The translations under genes were made by a program, and so were the position numbers. This document shows, in pieces, positions 9,715-19,274 of a stretch of DNA of 64,000 nt. How positions within the stretch are numbered: the first letter of the stretch is position 1; every line of letters starts with the position of its first letter. Under the pieces are notes generated by a model, which ran no database searches, was not told where the DNA came from, and worked only from the letters and a program-made list of their open reading frames with translations. Source of the DNA: an uncultured Phycisphaerales bacterium (GTDB lineage: Bacteria > Planctomycetota > Phycisphaerae > Tepidisphaerales > Tepidisphaeraceae); contig CAVWLP010000002.1 of assembly GCA_963755915.1 (NCBI GenBank), positions 736,001 through 800,000 on the forward strand, written 5' to 3'.

Positions 9715-10595
9715 TGATCGACCGCCGCGAAAGTCTCTGGGGCCAGTTGGCGACGTACGCGGCGCTGCTCGTCATCTGCACCCTGGCCGTGATTCCATTC
9801 CTTTGGATGGTCAGCACGAGCCTCAAGCCACCCCAGCAGGTCTTCGAATATCCGCCGCGGTGGATTCCGCATAACGTCGAGTTCACCGCCAGCAAAATCC
9901 CCGTGAACTACGCGAATGCGATCTCCAGCGAGCACACCAATTTCCGCCTCTGGACGCGCAACACCCTCATCGTCGCGCTCCTGGCCGTCGTCGGCACCAC
10001 CCTCTCCAGCTCCCTCGTCGCCTACGGCTTCGCCCGCATCCGCTTCTGGGGCAGCGGATTCCTCTTCGGACTCGTCCTCAGCACCATGATGATCCCCTTC
10101 CCCGTCCTCATGGGCCCCCAGTTCGTCATCTTCGAATGGCTCGGCAGGCACACCCCCTTCCAATTCATGGGAACCTTCAAACCCCTCTGGTTCCCCGCAT
10201 GGTTCGGCTCAGCCTTCAGCATTTTCCTCCTCCGCCAGTTCTTCGTCACCATCCCCGATGAGCTCTCCGAAGCCGCCCGCATCGACGGCTGCAACGAGTT
10301 CATGATCTACTGGCGAATCATCCTCCCCCTCTCACGGCCCGCACTCACCGTCGTCGCCCTCTTCACCTTCCTGTGGGCCTGGCGCGATTTCCTCGGCCCC
10401 CTGGTTTTTTTGCAGTACCCCGATCAATACACCCTCGCCCTGGGGCTCCAGACGTTTCAATCCCAGCACGGCGCCACGCCGTGGAATCAACTCATGGCCG
10501 CCAGCGTGCTGGTCATTCTGCCGGTGGTCGTCCTCTTCTTTATCGCGCAAAGAACCTTCATCGAAGGCATCGCCACCACCGGAATGAAGGGGTAA
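9714..10595 (+). CDS. Sugar ABC transporter permease
   Basis: IPDELSEAARIDG, WRDFLGPL, FIEGIATTGMKG. Confidence 0.93.
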   Translation: MIDRRESLWGQLATYAALLVICTLAVIPFLWMVSTSLKPPQQVFEYPPRWIPHNVEFTASKIPVNYANAISSEHTNFRLWTRNTLIVALLAVVGTTLSSSLVAYGFARIRFWGSGFLFGLVLSTMMIPFPVLMGPQFVIFEWLGRHTPFQFMGTFKPLWFPAWFGSAFSIFLLRQFFVTIPDELSEAARIDGCNEFMIYWRIILPLSRPALTVVALFTFLWAWRDFLGPLVFLQYPDQYTLALGLQTFQSQHGATPWNQLMAASVLVILPVVVLFFIAQRTFIEGIATTGMKG

Positions 10596-10771
10596 CAGGT
10601 TCAGCCGGCGCGGTTCGCCAATTCGCCATTTATCAGACTCGCGCCGGTTTAATCGTTAAAGGCGTTAGGTTCTAACCCCGACCGGGGTGCCAAACCGATG
10701 AGGATCGTAGAACGTATCTCTCATAGCGGAGGGCGGTAGTGAAGATTGTATTGTCAGTTAAGGAGCACGGG

Positions 10772-11185
10772 ATGAACGAGCAGTTTGCCTATTCGGTCAA
10801 TGGCGAACATTATCGCGGCGCCTACGCGACGCGCGAAGAAGCCCTCGCCGAGGCACTTGCCGAGGCCCGCCGCGGCGACGATTCGCCCCCCATGGTCTAT
10901 GTCGCCCGCCGCGTGCCTGGCGATGCGATGGCCTCCGGCCACGCCCGGGCCGTCATCGGCAACATCTGCTCCCGCGCCCGCGAAGAGTTCGGCGATACCG
11001 CCTCGTCATACCTCACCGGCGTTTCCCGGCAACAAGTCGAAAAGCTCGACAAAGCCCTTACTGCCGCGATCGAATCCTGGCTAAGCGCCAATGCCCTCTC
11101 ACCAACGTTCTTCACTTACGAGGCCATCAGCTCGCATCCGGTTTCGTATGGTTTTGCGCAGCAGACCGTAGGCGCAGAGTCCTGA
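10772..11185 (+). CDS. Hypothetical protein
   Basis: AAGGAG RBS, open frame, YRGAYATREEALAEA motif. Confidence 0.65.
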   Translation: MNEQFAYSVNGEHYRGAYATREEALAEALAEARRGDDSPPMVYVARRVPGDAMASGHARAVIGNICSRAREEFGDTASSYLTGVSRQQVEKLDKALTAAIESWLSANALSPTFFTYEAISSHPVSYGFAQQTVGAES

Positions 11186-11276
11186 AAATCCCCTTGATTC
11201 TTGCGCCGGAACGCAATCCTGCTGACGACCCCACACTTTTTTAATGCGTTGGCCAAAGGGCGCTCGTTTAAAGACG

Positions 11277-11640
11277 AAATGCAAATGCAATGCGGGCGGG
11301 ACGAGGGGGCACCATATAGGGCCCCCCTTCGGTCTGAGCTCAGGGTCGAAGACAAAAGTTTCCCCCTCGCCCCTCCCGCACCCTCCCCACTCCCCTTCCT
11401 TTTCCCCTCAACGCTCCCCCTAAAATGCATACACGACAGCATCCACGCAATCGTGTGCCCCAACGCTCTCGTGGACGAAGCGAGACAATTCTTGTCGAGA
11501 GGCCTCCGCATTTTGCCTTTGGGGTGGGACGGTTAGGGGAAGTCGGAAAGTGGAAGAGGGGTGCGGGGAGGAGGCGAAAACCGCTTGGGGCCTTATGGGG
11601 GTTTCGCCTCCTCCCTGCATTGCATTTGTATTTGTATTTA
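11277..11640. repeat. Inverted pair of ~130-nt structured arms (copy B of the element at 1074-1685)
   Basis: Reverse complement of 11511-11640 is nearly identical to 1174-1309; arm 11277-11425 is a diverged copy. Confidence 0.85.
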
Positions 11641-11798
11641 AAAAAGAGCCAGCCACTTCCTCCACGAACTCATAAAAGGTGTCCAGCCATTAGGGCGGCC
11701 GTCTTCCGCATTTTTCCGCCTAAATCCGAATGCCCACCCCGCCGACCTTGCCCCCGACCGTGCGCACCGATATTTTCGTGCCATAGTTGGAGGCTTCA

Positions 11799-12542
11799 AT
11801 GGCTTTGCGCGTCACCGTCTGGAGCGAATATCGTCACGAAAAGAAGAATCCCAAGGTAGCTGAGATCTACCCCAACGGCATGCACGAGGTGATCGCCGCC
11901 CACCTCCGCAAATCCCCCGATCTGGAAGTCCGCACCGCCACGCTCGATCAGCCGATGCACGGCCTGACCGACGACGTCATCCTCAGCACCGACGTCATGA
12001 CCTGGTGGGGCCACATGGCCCACGACGACGTCGTCGAAGAGATCGTCAACAAGCTCCACAAGCGCGTCCTGGCTGGCATGGGCCTCGTCGTCCTCCACAG
12101 CGGCCACTTCTCCCGAATCTTCAAAAAGCTCATGGGCACCACCTGCGACCTCAAATGGCGCGAGCTCCAGAACGAACGCGAAATCCTCTGGGTCACCCGC
12201 CCCGGCCACCCCATCGTCGAAGGAATCGAAGACCATTTCGTTTTGCCGCGCGAAGAAATGTACGGCGAATACTTCGACATCCCCGAACCCGAATGCACCT
12301 TCCTCATCAGCAGCTTCGCCGGCGGCGAAGTCTTCCGCAGCGGCTGCACCTGGACCCGCGGCACCGGCAAAATCGTCTATTTCCGCCCCGGCCACGAAAC
12401 ATTCCCAACCTATCACGATCCGAATGTGATGAGGGTCATCGAGAACGCGGTGAGATGGGCCGCCCCCACGCCGATCGCAGGCGCAAAGATGCGGTTTGGG
12501 AAGCATGTGGAGGGGTGGATTGATGGGGCTGGGGGGAAATAG
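11799..12542 (+). CDS. thuA: Trehalose utilization protein ThuA family
   Basis: [49 protein letters not shown]. Confidence 0.9.
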   Translation: MALRVTVWSEYRHEKKNPKVAEIYPNGMHEVIAAHLRKSPDLEVRTATLDQPMHGLTDDVILSTDVMTWWGHMAHDDVVEEIVNKLHKRVLAGMGLVVLHSGHFSRIFKKLMGTTCDLKWRELQNEREILWVTRPGHPIVEGIEDHFVLPREEMYGEYFDIPEPECTFLISSFAGGEVFRSGCTWTRGTGKIVYFRPGHETFPTYHDPNVMRVIENAVRWAAPTPIAGAKMRFGKHVEGWIDGAGGK

Positions 12543-12589
12543 ACTTTTCGGGTGAGAGGCGACATCGAGATCGGGGCGGGGGAAAGCCC

Positions 12590-12730
12590 TCACTGAGAAC
12601 CCTGCGACAGCATTTGGCTGAAAAGTATCAAAAGGATCAGGGGAACAACGAAGATGACCACCAAGACGACGATCAAGAGAAAATAGCTTGGCTTGGGTTT
12701 GTTTGGAGGATTTTGATCGGACTGCCCCAT
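12590..12730 (-). CDS. Small (46 aa) single-pass membrane protein
   Basis: Strong hydrophobic stretch; TACAAT 8 nt upstream of ATG. Confidence 0.55.
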   Translation of the reverse strand: MGQSDQNPPNKPKPSYFLLIVVLVVIFVVPLILLILFSQMLSQGSQ

Positions 12731-12812
12731 GGCGCCCCATTGTACCCTCCGCGCGGGAAAAGGGCCGGTGGGAGGTGGCGAGGCGGTGCGGGGGAAATAG
12801 CGATCAGATGCG

Positions 12813-13589
12813 CTATCGATTGAGCGTCGGCCATGGCCAGGGGTACTCGATATCATCGGGCGACTCGTGGTACCACAGTTTTCCGCCGATGTGGTACCAG
12901 CCGGCGGTTGATCGCATTGTCTGCGGATCCGAGTCTGTGTAGGCCATTTGTCTCAGACCGAGGTTGAAAGAGACGCCTGATGGAAAAACGTCCAGGTCTG
13001 TGATGGCGTGTATTCCGCATCGGCGCCATTCATGTTTTGCGAGGAGGGGTTCGACTTCGTAAAGCTGGCGCGCTCTGCTTTGGAGCCATGGAGACTCGAT
13101 GGCGACGCTTATGGTCTGTGGAACTTCGTACCACGTGAGCAGGAGGGCAATTGCAAACCAGCAGCGTGTTTGCCAGATCATCGATTTTTCGGTTTGCCGA
13201 ATTGGGAGATTGATCGCGTGCCTTTTGGCGATTTTCCGGATCCAGCGAACGCGACACCAATAGGGGAACATGATGGCGCAATATGTAATCAGCAAAACGG
13301 GCAAGCCAAATAGTGCGCGAGGAAGCAGGACGGCCTGGAGAAGCAGGAAGAGGGTCATCGAAAACTTGGTTGCCGAAATCGGCCACTTAACCGGGGAGAG
13401 GATTGCTTCGATATTTTCGGGGGAGAGCGGGGTGAGAAGGGGGATTTGTGCGCCGCATTCGGGGCAGCAGGTGGAGGGAATTCCGCGGAGGTCGTAGCCA
13501 CAGTCGGTGCAGCGTCCGCGCGGGGGTGGGTCGCGGTTCGGGGGAGTTGAAATTGCGGGTGTTTTCAGCAGGGAGGGCACTATTTCCAT
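12813..13589 (-). CDS. Membrane protein with N-terminal zinc ribbon
   Basis: CTDCGYDLRGIPSTCCPECG followed by TM helices. Confidence 0.7.
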   Translation of the reverse strand: MEIVPSLLKTPAISTPPNRDPPPRGRCTDCGYDLRGIPSTCCPECGAQIPLLTPLSPENIEAILSPVKWPISATKFSMTLFLLLQAVLLPRALFGLPVLLITYCAIMFPYWCRVRWIRKIAKRHAINLPIRQTEKSMIWQTRCWFAIALLLTWYEVPQTISVAIESPWLQSRARQLYEVEPLLAKHEWRRCGIHAITDLDVFPSGVSFNLGLRQMAYTDSDPQTMRSTAGWYHIGGKLWYHESPDDIEYPWPWPTLNR

Positions 13590-13773
13590 TCATTCGATGG
13601 TTGGCGGAAAGTTGCACGTTGGTAGGGAGAAGGGTGAGTCTTTCGATAGGCTCACGGCGAGCAAGCTCGCCGGCTACACGGGGGGGCGGATGGCGGTTGG
13701 AAATGTTTTTCTTGCCCCCTCTTAACCCAATCTATACCCTTTATTTCCGGTCCTTTCACAGGAGCGAAACAAC

Positions 13774-15834
13774 ATGCCTGCCTACAGCACCGGTGACATC
13801 AGGAATGTCCTTTTTGTCGGGCACGGGGGGAGCGGGAAGACGACGCTGGCGGATTCGCTGCTGTTTGCCAGCGGGACGATCAAGCACAAGGCCTCCGTGG
13901 CCGACAAATCGAGCGTCAGCGACTTTGAGAAGGAGGAGAAGGACCATGGGCACTCGATCTACTCGACGGTGATGTACTGCGATCATCTGGGGAAGCGGAT
14001 CAATATCATCGATACGCCGGGCAGCCCGGACCTGATCGGGCATGCCATCGCGGCAATGCCGGCTGTGGAAACCGTTGTCGTCGTCGTCAATGCGCAGGCG
14101 GGGATTGAAGTGGTGACCCGGCGGATGATGGAGATAGCGCGGGCGCGGAATTTGCCGCGGGCGATTGTGATCAACAAGATCGATCTGCCGGAGCTGGATC
14201 TGGAGAAGCTGGTGCGGCAGCTCCAGGAGGCGTTTGGGCATGAGTGTTTGCCCATCAATCTGCCGACCGGCGGACGCAAAGCCGTCGTGGAGTGCTTGCT
14301 CAACAACAGCGGGGAGAGCGATGTTCTTTCGGTGCCGGCGGCTCATACGGCGATTCTGGACCAGATCGTGGAATTGGATGACACGTTGATGGAGAAATAT
14401 CTGGGTGGGGAGGAGCCGAATTACGAGGTTCTTCATGCGCCGTTTGAGAAGGCAATGGATGAGGCGCACGTGGTGCCGATTTTGTTTACCGATGCGCGGG
14501 ATGGGGTGGGGATACCGGAATTGCTGGATGCGATCGCGAAGCATTTTCCGTCGCCGGAGGAGGGGAATCCGCGTCCGTTTTTGAGCTTTAGAGGGGTGGC
14601 GGCGGGGCAGTCGCAAGAAGAGGTTCCGTATGAGTATCGGAACGACGCGAATAAGCCGCTGCTGGCGCATGTGTTTAAGGTGACGACGGACCCGTATGTG
14701 GGGAAGCTGGCGTTTTTCCGGATTCACCAGGGGAAATGCTCGGGGCAGTCGCAGGTTTACATCGGGTACAACAAGAAGGCGATCAAGCTGGGGCATATTT
14801 TTCATTTGCAGGGGAAAGAGCATAAGGAGGTTCCGGAGATCATCGCGGGGGATATCGGGGCGGTGGCGAAGATCGAGGAGATTCATACGAATGACGTGCT
14901 GCATGATGATCATGCGCTGGACAGCGTGCATCTGCGGCCGCTGACGTTTCCGACGCCGATGTATGGATTGGCGATTACGCCCAAGGTGCGCGGGGATGAG
15001 CAGAAGCTGTCGGTGCTGCTGAGCCGGATTGCGGAGGAGGACCCGACGTTTCGATGGATGACCGACCGGCAGACGCATGAAGTGGTGATCAATGGGCTGG
15101 GGGAATTGCATCTGAGATTGATCCTGGAAAAGCTGGCGGTGCGGGGGCTGCACGTGGATACGAAGCCGCCGAAGATCGCGTATCGAGAGACGATCGGCGT
15201 GAACGCCGAGGGGCATCATCGGCATAAGAAACAGACGGGCGGGGCGGGGCAGTTTGGGGAGGTTTTTTTGCGGATTGAGCCGATGGAGCGGGGGAAGGGG
15301 TTTGAGTTTGTGAACGAAGTGTTTGGTGGGGCGATTCCGGGGCAGTTTATCCCGGCCGTCGAGAAGGGAGTGAGAGATTTGCTGGATCAGGGGGTGGTGG
15401 CGGGGTATCCGCTGCAGGATGTGCGGGTGATCGTGACGGATGGGAAGCACCATCCGGTGGACAGCAAGGAAGTGGCGTTTCGGACGGCGGGGAAGCTGGC
15501 GTTCCGGGAGGCGGTGCAGAAGGCGCGGCCGGTGCTGCTGGAGCCGATCGTGAATATGGAGGTGACGGTGCCGGAGGACAAGATGGGGTCGATTACCGGC
15601 GACTTATCCGGCAAGAGGGGGAGGATTCAGGGGACGGACATCATTTCCGGGGGGATGGCGCAGATCAAGGCGAGCGCGCCGCTGGCAGAGGTGATGCAGT
15701 ATCAGTCGCAGTTGAAAAGCGTGACGGGGGGACAGGGGAGCTTTTCAATGGAGTTTAGTCATTATGAGGCGGTGCCGCCGTTTGTGCAGCAGCAGATCGC
15801 GGCTCAATACAAACCCAAGGCGGAGGAAGAGTGA
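13774..15834 (+). CDS. fusA: Elongation factor G paralog (EF-G2 type)
   Basis: GHGGSGKTT, DTPG, NKID, KKQTGGAGQFG, DGKHHPVDS; lacks RGITI and is not in an str operon. Confidence 0.93.
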   Translation: MPAYSTGDIRNVLFVGHGGSGKTTLADSLLFASGTIKHKASVADKSSVSDFEKEEKDHGHSIYSTVMYCDHLGKRINIIDTPGSPDLIGHAIAAMPAVETVVVVVNAQAGIEVVTRRMMEIARARNLPRAIVINKIDLPELDLEKLVRQLQEAFGHECLPINLPTGGRKAVVECLLNNSGESDVLSVPAAHTAILDQIVELDDTLMEKYLGGEEPNYEVLHAPFEKAMDEAHVVPILFTDARDGVGIPELLDAIAKHFPSPEEGNPRPFLSFRGVAAGQSQEEVPYEYRNDANKPLLAHVFKVTTDPYVGKLAFFRIHQGKCSGQSQVYIGYNKKAIKLGHIFHLQGKEHKEVPEIIAGDIGAVAKIEEIHTNDVLHDDHALDSVHLRPLTFPTPMYGLAITPKVRGDEQKLSVLLSRIAEEDPTFRWMTDRQTHEVVINGLGELHLRLILEKLAVRGLHVDTKPPKIAYRETIGVNAEGHHRHKKQTGGAGQFGEVFLRIEPMERGKGFEFVNEVFGGAIPGQFIPAVEKGVRDLLDQGVVAGYPLQDVRVIVTDGKHHPVDSKEVAFRTAGKLAFREAVQKARPVLLEPIVNMEVTVPEDKMGSITGDLSGKRGRIQGTDIISGGMAQIKASAPLAEVMQYQSQLKSVTGGQGSFSMEFSHYEAVPPFVQQQIAAQYKPKAEEE

Positions 15835-16060
15835 TTTGTATTTTGGTTTAGTCGTCGAAGAATTGGAAGAAGAAGATTTTTTTTCGGTTACGGTTTTGGT
15901 GACGAGTTGAAGGCGCTGGCTCGTATATGTGAAGGCGGTTCCGCTGCGATAGCACAAGGCTGGCCTGATGACGGTCGGGACGGCTTTGGGGTGTTAGTCG
16001 GCATATCCGCGTGAGGTTATCACCGGTTGTGAGCGCCTCTGTCGTTTGAGATAAAGCGTC

Positions 16061-16103
16061 GGCCCTCACCCCAGCCCACTCCCGGATTACCGGGAGAGGG
16101 GGA
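16061..16103. repeat. REP-like palindromic repeat (family 1)
   Basis: GGCCCTCACCCCAGCCCACTCCCGGATTACCGGGAGAGGGG; related copies at 4497, 30585, 44380, 45353, 48282, 48353. Confidence 0.75.
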
Positions 16104-16113
16104 AAGCACTGTT

Positions 16114-17096
16114 ATGCGAGCATGGTTGATTCATAAATTTGAAGGGTTATCGAATTTGCGCCTGGCGGAGGTGGCGGAGCCGGTGGCGGATCGTGGGGAG
16201 GTTGTGGTTGACGTGCAGTATGCGGCGTTGAATCCGGCGGATTATTATTTGGCGCAGGGGCAGTATCCGGCGCAGCCGAAGCTGCCGCATGTGCTGGGGA
16301 GGGATGGGATCGGGACGATCAGCAAGGTGGGGGCGGGGGCGGAGCAGTTTCAGATCGGGCAGAGGGTGATGGTTTTGCGCGGGGATACGGGGGTGAACCG
16401 ATGGGGGACGTTTGCGCAGAAGGTTGCGGTGGCGGTGCAATCGATTGAGATTCCGCCGGTGAAATGGTCGGATGAAGAGGCGGGGTGCGCGGCGCTGACG
16501 TATATGACGGCGCATCGGCGCTGACGCAGTGGGGAGAGTTGCCGGCGTCGATGGTGCTGATTTCGGGAGGGTCGGGGGGAGTGGGGATTGCGGCGTTGCA
16601 CCTGGCGAAGGCGCTGAAGCATACGGTGGTGTCGCTTTCGCGCAGTGGGGAGAAGTGGGAGAGGCTGAAGCAGATTGGGGCGGATTTTGTGGTCGATCCG
16701 AACGACGCGCAGTGGCCGGTGAAGTTGAAGCAGACGATTGCGCCGCGTCGGGTGGACCTGGCGGTGGATAATATTGGGGGGGCGGAGTTTGGCCAGGTGG
16801 TGGAGACGCTGGGGAAGGGTGGGAAGGTGAGCGTTGTGGGGCAGTTGGCGGGGCCGGTGCCGCAGTTCAGCACGGCGTCGCTGTTTTTCCGAAGGATTCG
16901 GATTGGAGGGGTGGCGGTGGGGAGTTTTACGCCGGGGGAGGCGCGGGTGGCGTGGGAGGAATCGGTGGCGATGCTAAATGGGATTAAGGCGCGGCCGATT
17001 GTCGATCGGGTGTTTCCGTTTGAGCAGTTGCCGGCGGCGTTTGATCGGCTGAAAGCGGGGCCGTTTGGGAAGGTTTTGGTTAAGATTCCGGGATGA
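16114..17096 (+). CDS. NADPH:quinone reductase / zinc-independent MDR (frameshift near 16515)
   Basis: ALNPADY, GQYP, LTYMTA joined to ISGGSGGVG; two overlapping ORFs. Confidence 0.85.
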
Positions 17097-17557
17097 GCAG
17101 GAAGGCGCCGAAATATTCGGGGTTGAAGGTGCGCGCGAAGATCGCGGTGATCGCGGCGCGGTTTAACCAGGGGATTGTGGATGAGCTTTTGAAGCGGTGC
17201 GAGAAGAGGCTGGGGGAACTGGGAGTGAGGGACGTGGAGATTTTTCGGGTGCCGGGGGCGTTTGAATTGCCGGTGGCGGCGAAGGCGGCGGCGAATGATG
17301 GGAGGTTTGGGGCGGTGATTTGTCTGGGGGCGGTAGTTCGGGGGGAGACGCCGCATTTTGATTTTGTGGCGGGGGAGGCGGCGAGGGGGATTCAGGACGT
17401 GAGTTTGGAGACGGGGGTGCCGGTGATTTTTGGGGTGCTGACAACCGACAATGAGAAGCAGGCGCGAGATAGATTGGATGTGGGGACGCGGGCAGCGGAG
17501 GGGGCGGTGGAGATGATCGGGGTGGTGAGCCAAATTCGAAACTCGAAATTCGAATGA
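17093..17557 (+). CDS. ribH: 6,7-dimethyl-8-ribityllumazine synthase
   Basis: ARFN, VPGAFELP, LGAVVRGETPHFDFV, PVIFGVLT. Confidence 0.95.
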   Translation: MSRKAPKYSGLKVRAKIAVIAARFNQGIVDELLKRCEKRLGELGVRDVEIFRVPGAFELPVAAKAAANDGRFGAVICLGAVVRGETPHFDFVAGEAARGIQDVSLETGVPVIFGVLTTDNEKQARDRLDVGTRAAEGAVEMIGVVSQIRNSKFE

Positions 17558-17590
17558 CGAATCAAATTCGAAACTCGAATGTTCAAAACT
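17532..17590. repeat. Heptamer-type tandem repeat tract
   Basis: AAATTCG/AAACTCG units with core CGAATGACGAATCAAATTCGAA, also at 18207 and 27240. Confidence 0.75.
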
Positions 17591-17749
17591 TGAAGCATGT
17601 CACAACTTTGCAGCCCGAAGAGATCGGAGTCATTTCAAGGCACTTTGCCTTCCGATATTTCTCTGCGATCTGGGCGATCCGGGCGGTGAAATCTGATTTA
17701 GGGATCGGGACATTCCGGTACGGTTATTTTTCCCTATACTTGGGGTGCG

Positions 17750-18238
17750 ATGACGAGCATGCGAAAAATGCGGGAGCTGGCGATGCAGGTGCTCTTTTTG
17801 TGGGACGCCAATGCGAACATCGATCTGAAGCTGGGGATGCAGGCGACGGAATTTGGGGATGTGGAGGAGGGTTTGCGCGTGAGGGCGGTGAGCATGGCGG
17901 AGAGGACGTGGTCGTCGCGGGAGACGATTGACGCGGAGATGGAGCGGATCGCGCCGCAGTGGCCGCCGCGGCGGCAGCCGGGGGTGGACCGGGCGATATT
18001 GAGGCTGGCGATATGGGAGCTGACGAATTCGACGACGCCGCCGAAGGTGGTGATCGATGAGGCGATTGAACTGGCGAAGGAGTTTTCGACGGAGCAGAGC
18101 CCGGCGTTTGTGAATGGAGTGCTGGATGCGGTATTGAGGGAGAAGCAGGAGCCGAGCGAAAAACCCGAAACCAGAAATCCGGGCGATAAACCAGAAACCA
18201 GAAATCCGAATGACGAATCAAATCCGAAATCCGAATGA
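17750..18238 (+). CDS. nusB: Transcription antitermination factor NusB
   Basis: [39 protein letters not shown]. Confidence 0.93.
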   Translation: MTSMRKMRELAMQVLFLWDANANIDLKLGMQATEFGDVEEGLRVRAVSMAERTWSSRETIDAEMERIAPQWPPRRQPGVDRAILRLAIWELTNSTTPPKVVIDEAIELAKEFSTEQSPAFVNGVLDAVLREKQEPSEKPETRNPGDKPETRNPNDESNPKSE

Positions 18239-18301
18239 CGAATAATTTGGGCATTGGTCATTCGGGTTTGATTCGGGATTCTGGTTTCGGATTTCGGAAT
18301 T
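18160..18301. repeat. Heptamer tandem repeats arranged as an inverted pair
   Basis: GAAACCA/GAAATCC units followed by their reverse complement (TCATTCGGG...TCTGGTTTCGGATTTCGG). Confidence 0.8.
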
Positions 18302-18308
18302 AGTACCT

Positions 18309-19268
18309 ATGCGTTTTTTCTCCAAGACTCTCGACAAGCTGAAAGGCGCGCTGCGGAAGACAGCCACCGTTCTCAATACCGACGTGCGGACGCTGTTTAT
18401 TCCGGGACGGCAGATCGACGAGGCGGCGCTGGGGGAATGGGAGGAGAAGTTTCTGCAGGCGGATATGGGGGTGAAAAATGTGCAGCGGATGATCGGGGAG
18501 ATCCGGGAAAGCTGGCGGGCGGGGAAAATCAAAAACGCGGCGCAGGCGGAGCAGATCGTGCGGGAGCAGATCCTGGCAATCCTCACGAAGGTGCCGGCGG
18601 AACAGCGGGAATTGAAAATGGCCGAGAGCGGGCCGACGGTGATTCTCGTCGCCGGGATCAACGGGGCGGGGAAGACGACGAGCATCGCGAAGCTGGCGTG
18701 GATTTTGAAGAACCAGATGAAAAAGAAAGTCATGGTCTGCGCCAGCGATACGTTCCGGGCGGCGGCGGTGGATCAACTCACCATCTGGTCGCAGCGGATC
18801 GGGGTGGAGATCGTCAAACATAAGATGGGGGGAGATCCCGCCGCGGTGGCGTATGACGCCTGCGAGGCGGCGAAGGCGCGCGGGTTTGATGCGCTGATCG
18901 TGGACACGGCCGGGCGATTGCATACGCAGGATCACCTGATGCGGGAGCTGACGAAGATTCGGGATGTGGTGGCGAAGCGGATTCCGGGGGCGCCGCATGA
19001 AGTGCTGCTGGTGCTCGACGCAACGACGGGACAGAATGCGATTCAGCAGGCGAAGCATTTTTCCGCGGCGATCGGGGTGACGGGGATTTTCCTGGCAAAG
19101 CTGGATGGGACGGCCAAGGGGGGCGTGGTGGTTTCGATCCACGATCAACTGAGTATTCCGGTAAAGTTTATTGGGCTGGGGGAGACGCCGGAGGATATTG
19201 AGACGTTTGATCCGCAGAGGTTTGTGGAGGCGCTGTTTGGGGAGGGGGCGGAGAAGGCTGGGGGGTGA
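18309..19268 (+). CDS. ftsY: Signal recognition particle receptor FtsY
   Basis: GINGAGKTT, DTFRAAA, DTAGR, KLDGTAKGG. Confidence 0.96.
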   Translation: MRFFSKTLDKLKGALRKTATVLNTDVRTLFIPGRQIDEAALGEWEEKFLQADMGVKNVQRMIGEIRESWRAGKIKNAAQAEQIVREQILAILTKVPAEQRELKMAESGPTVILVAGINGAGKTTSIAKLAWILKNQMKKKVMVCASDTFRAAAVDQLTIWSQRIGVEIVKHKMGGDPAAVAYDACEAAKARGFDALIVDTAGRLHTQDHLMRELTKIRDVVAKRIPGAPHEVLLVLDATTGQNAIQQAKHFSAAIGVTGIFLAKLDGTAKGGVVVSIHDQLSIPVKFIGLGETPEDIETFDPQRFVEALFGEGAEKAGG

Positions 19269-19274
19269 TTGGAA

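Noticed and set aside
10670-10705. Possible sigma28-like promoter (TAAC...ACCGATGA)
   Set aside because: Weak match and spacing, no supporting context.
15840-16060. Intergenic segment with GTTAG/GTTAT motifs as attC or ncRNA
   Set aside because: No RYYYAAC...GTTRRRY pairing in the right order, no integrase, no convincing fold.
17532-18301. Repeat tracts as a CRISPR array
   Set aside because: No constant repeat with unique equal-length spacers and no cas genes.
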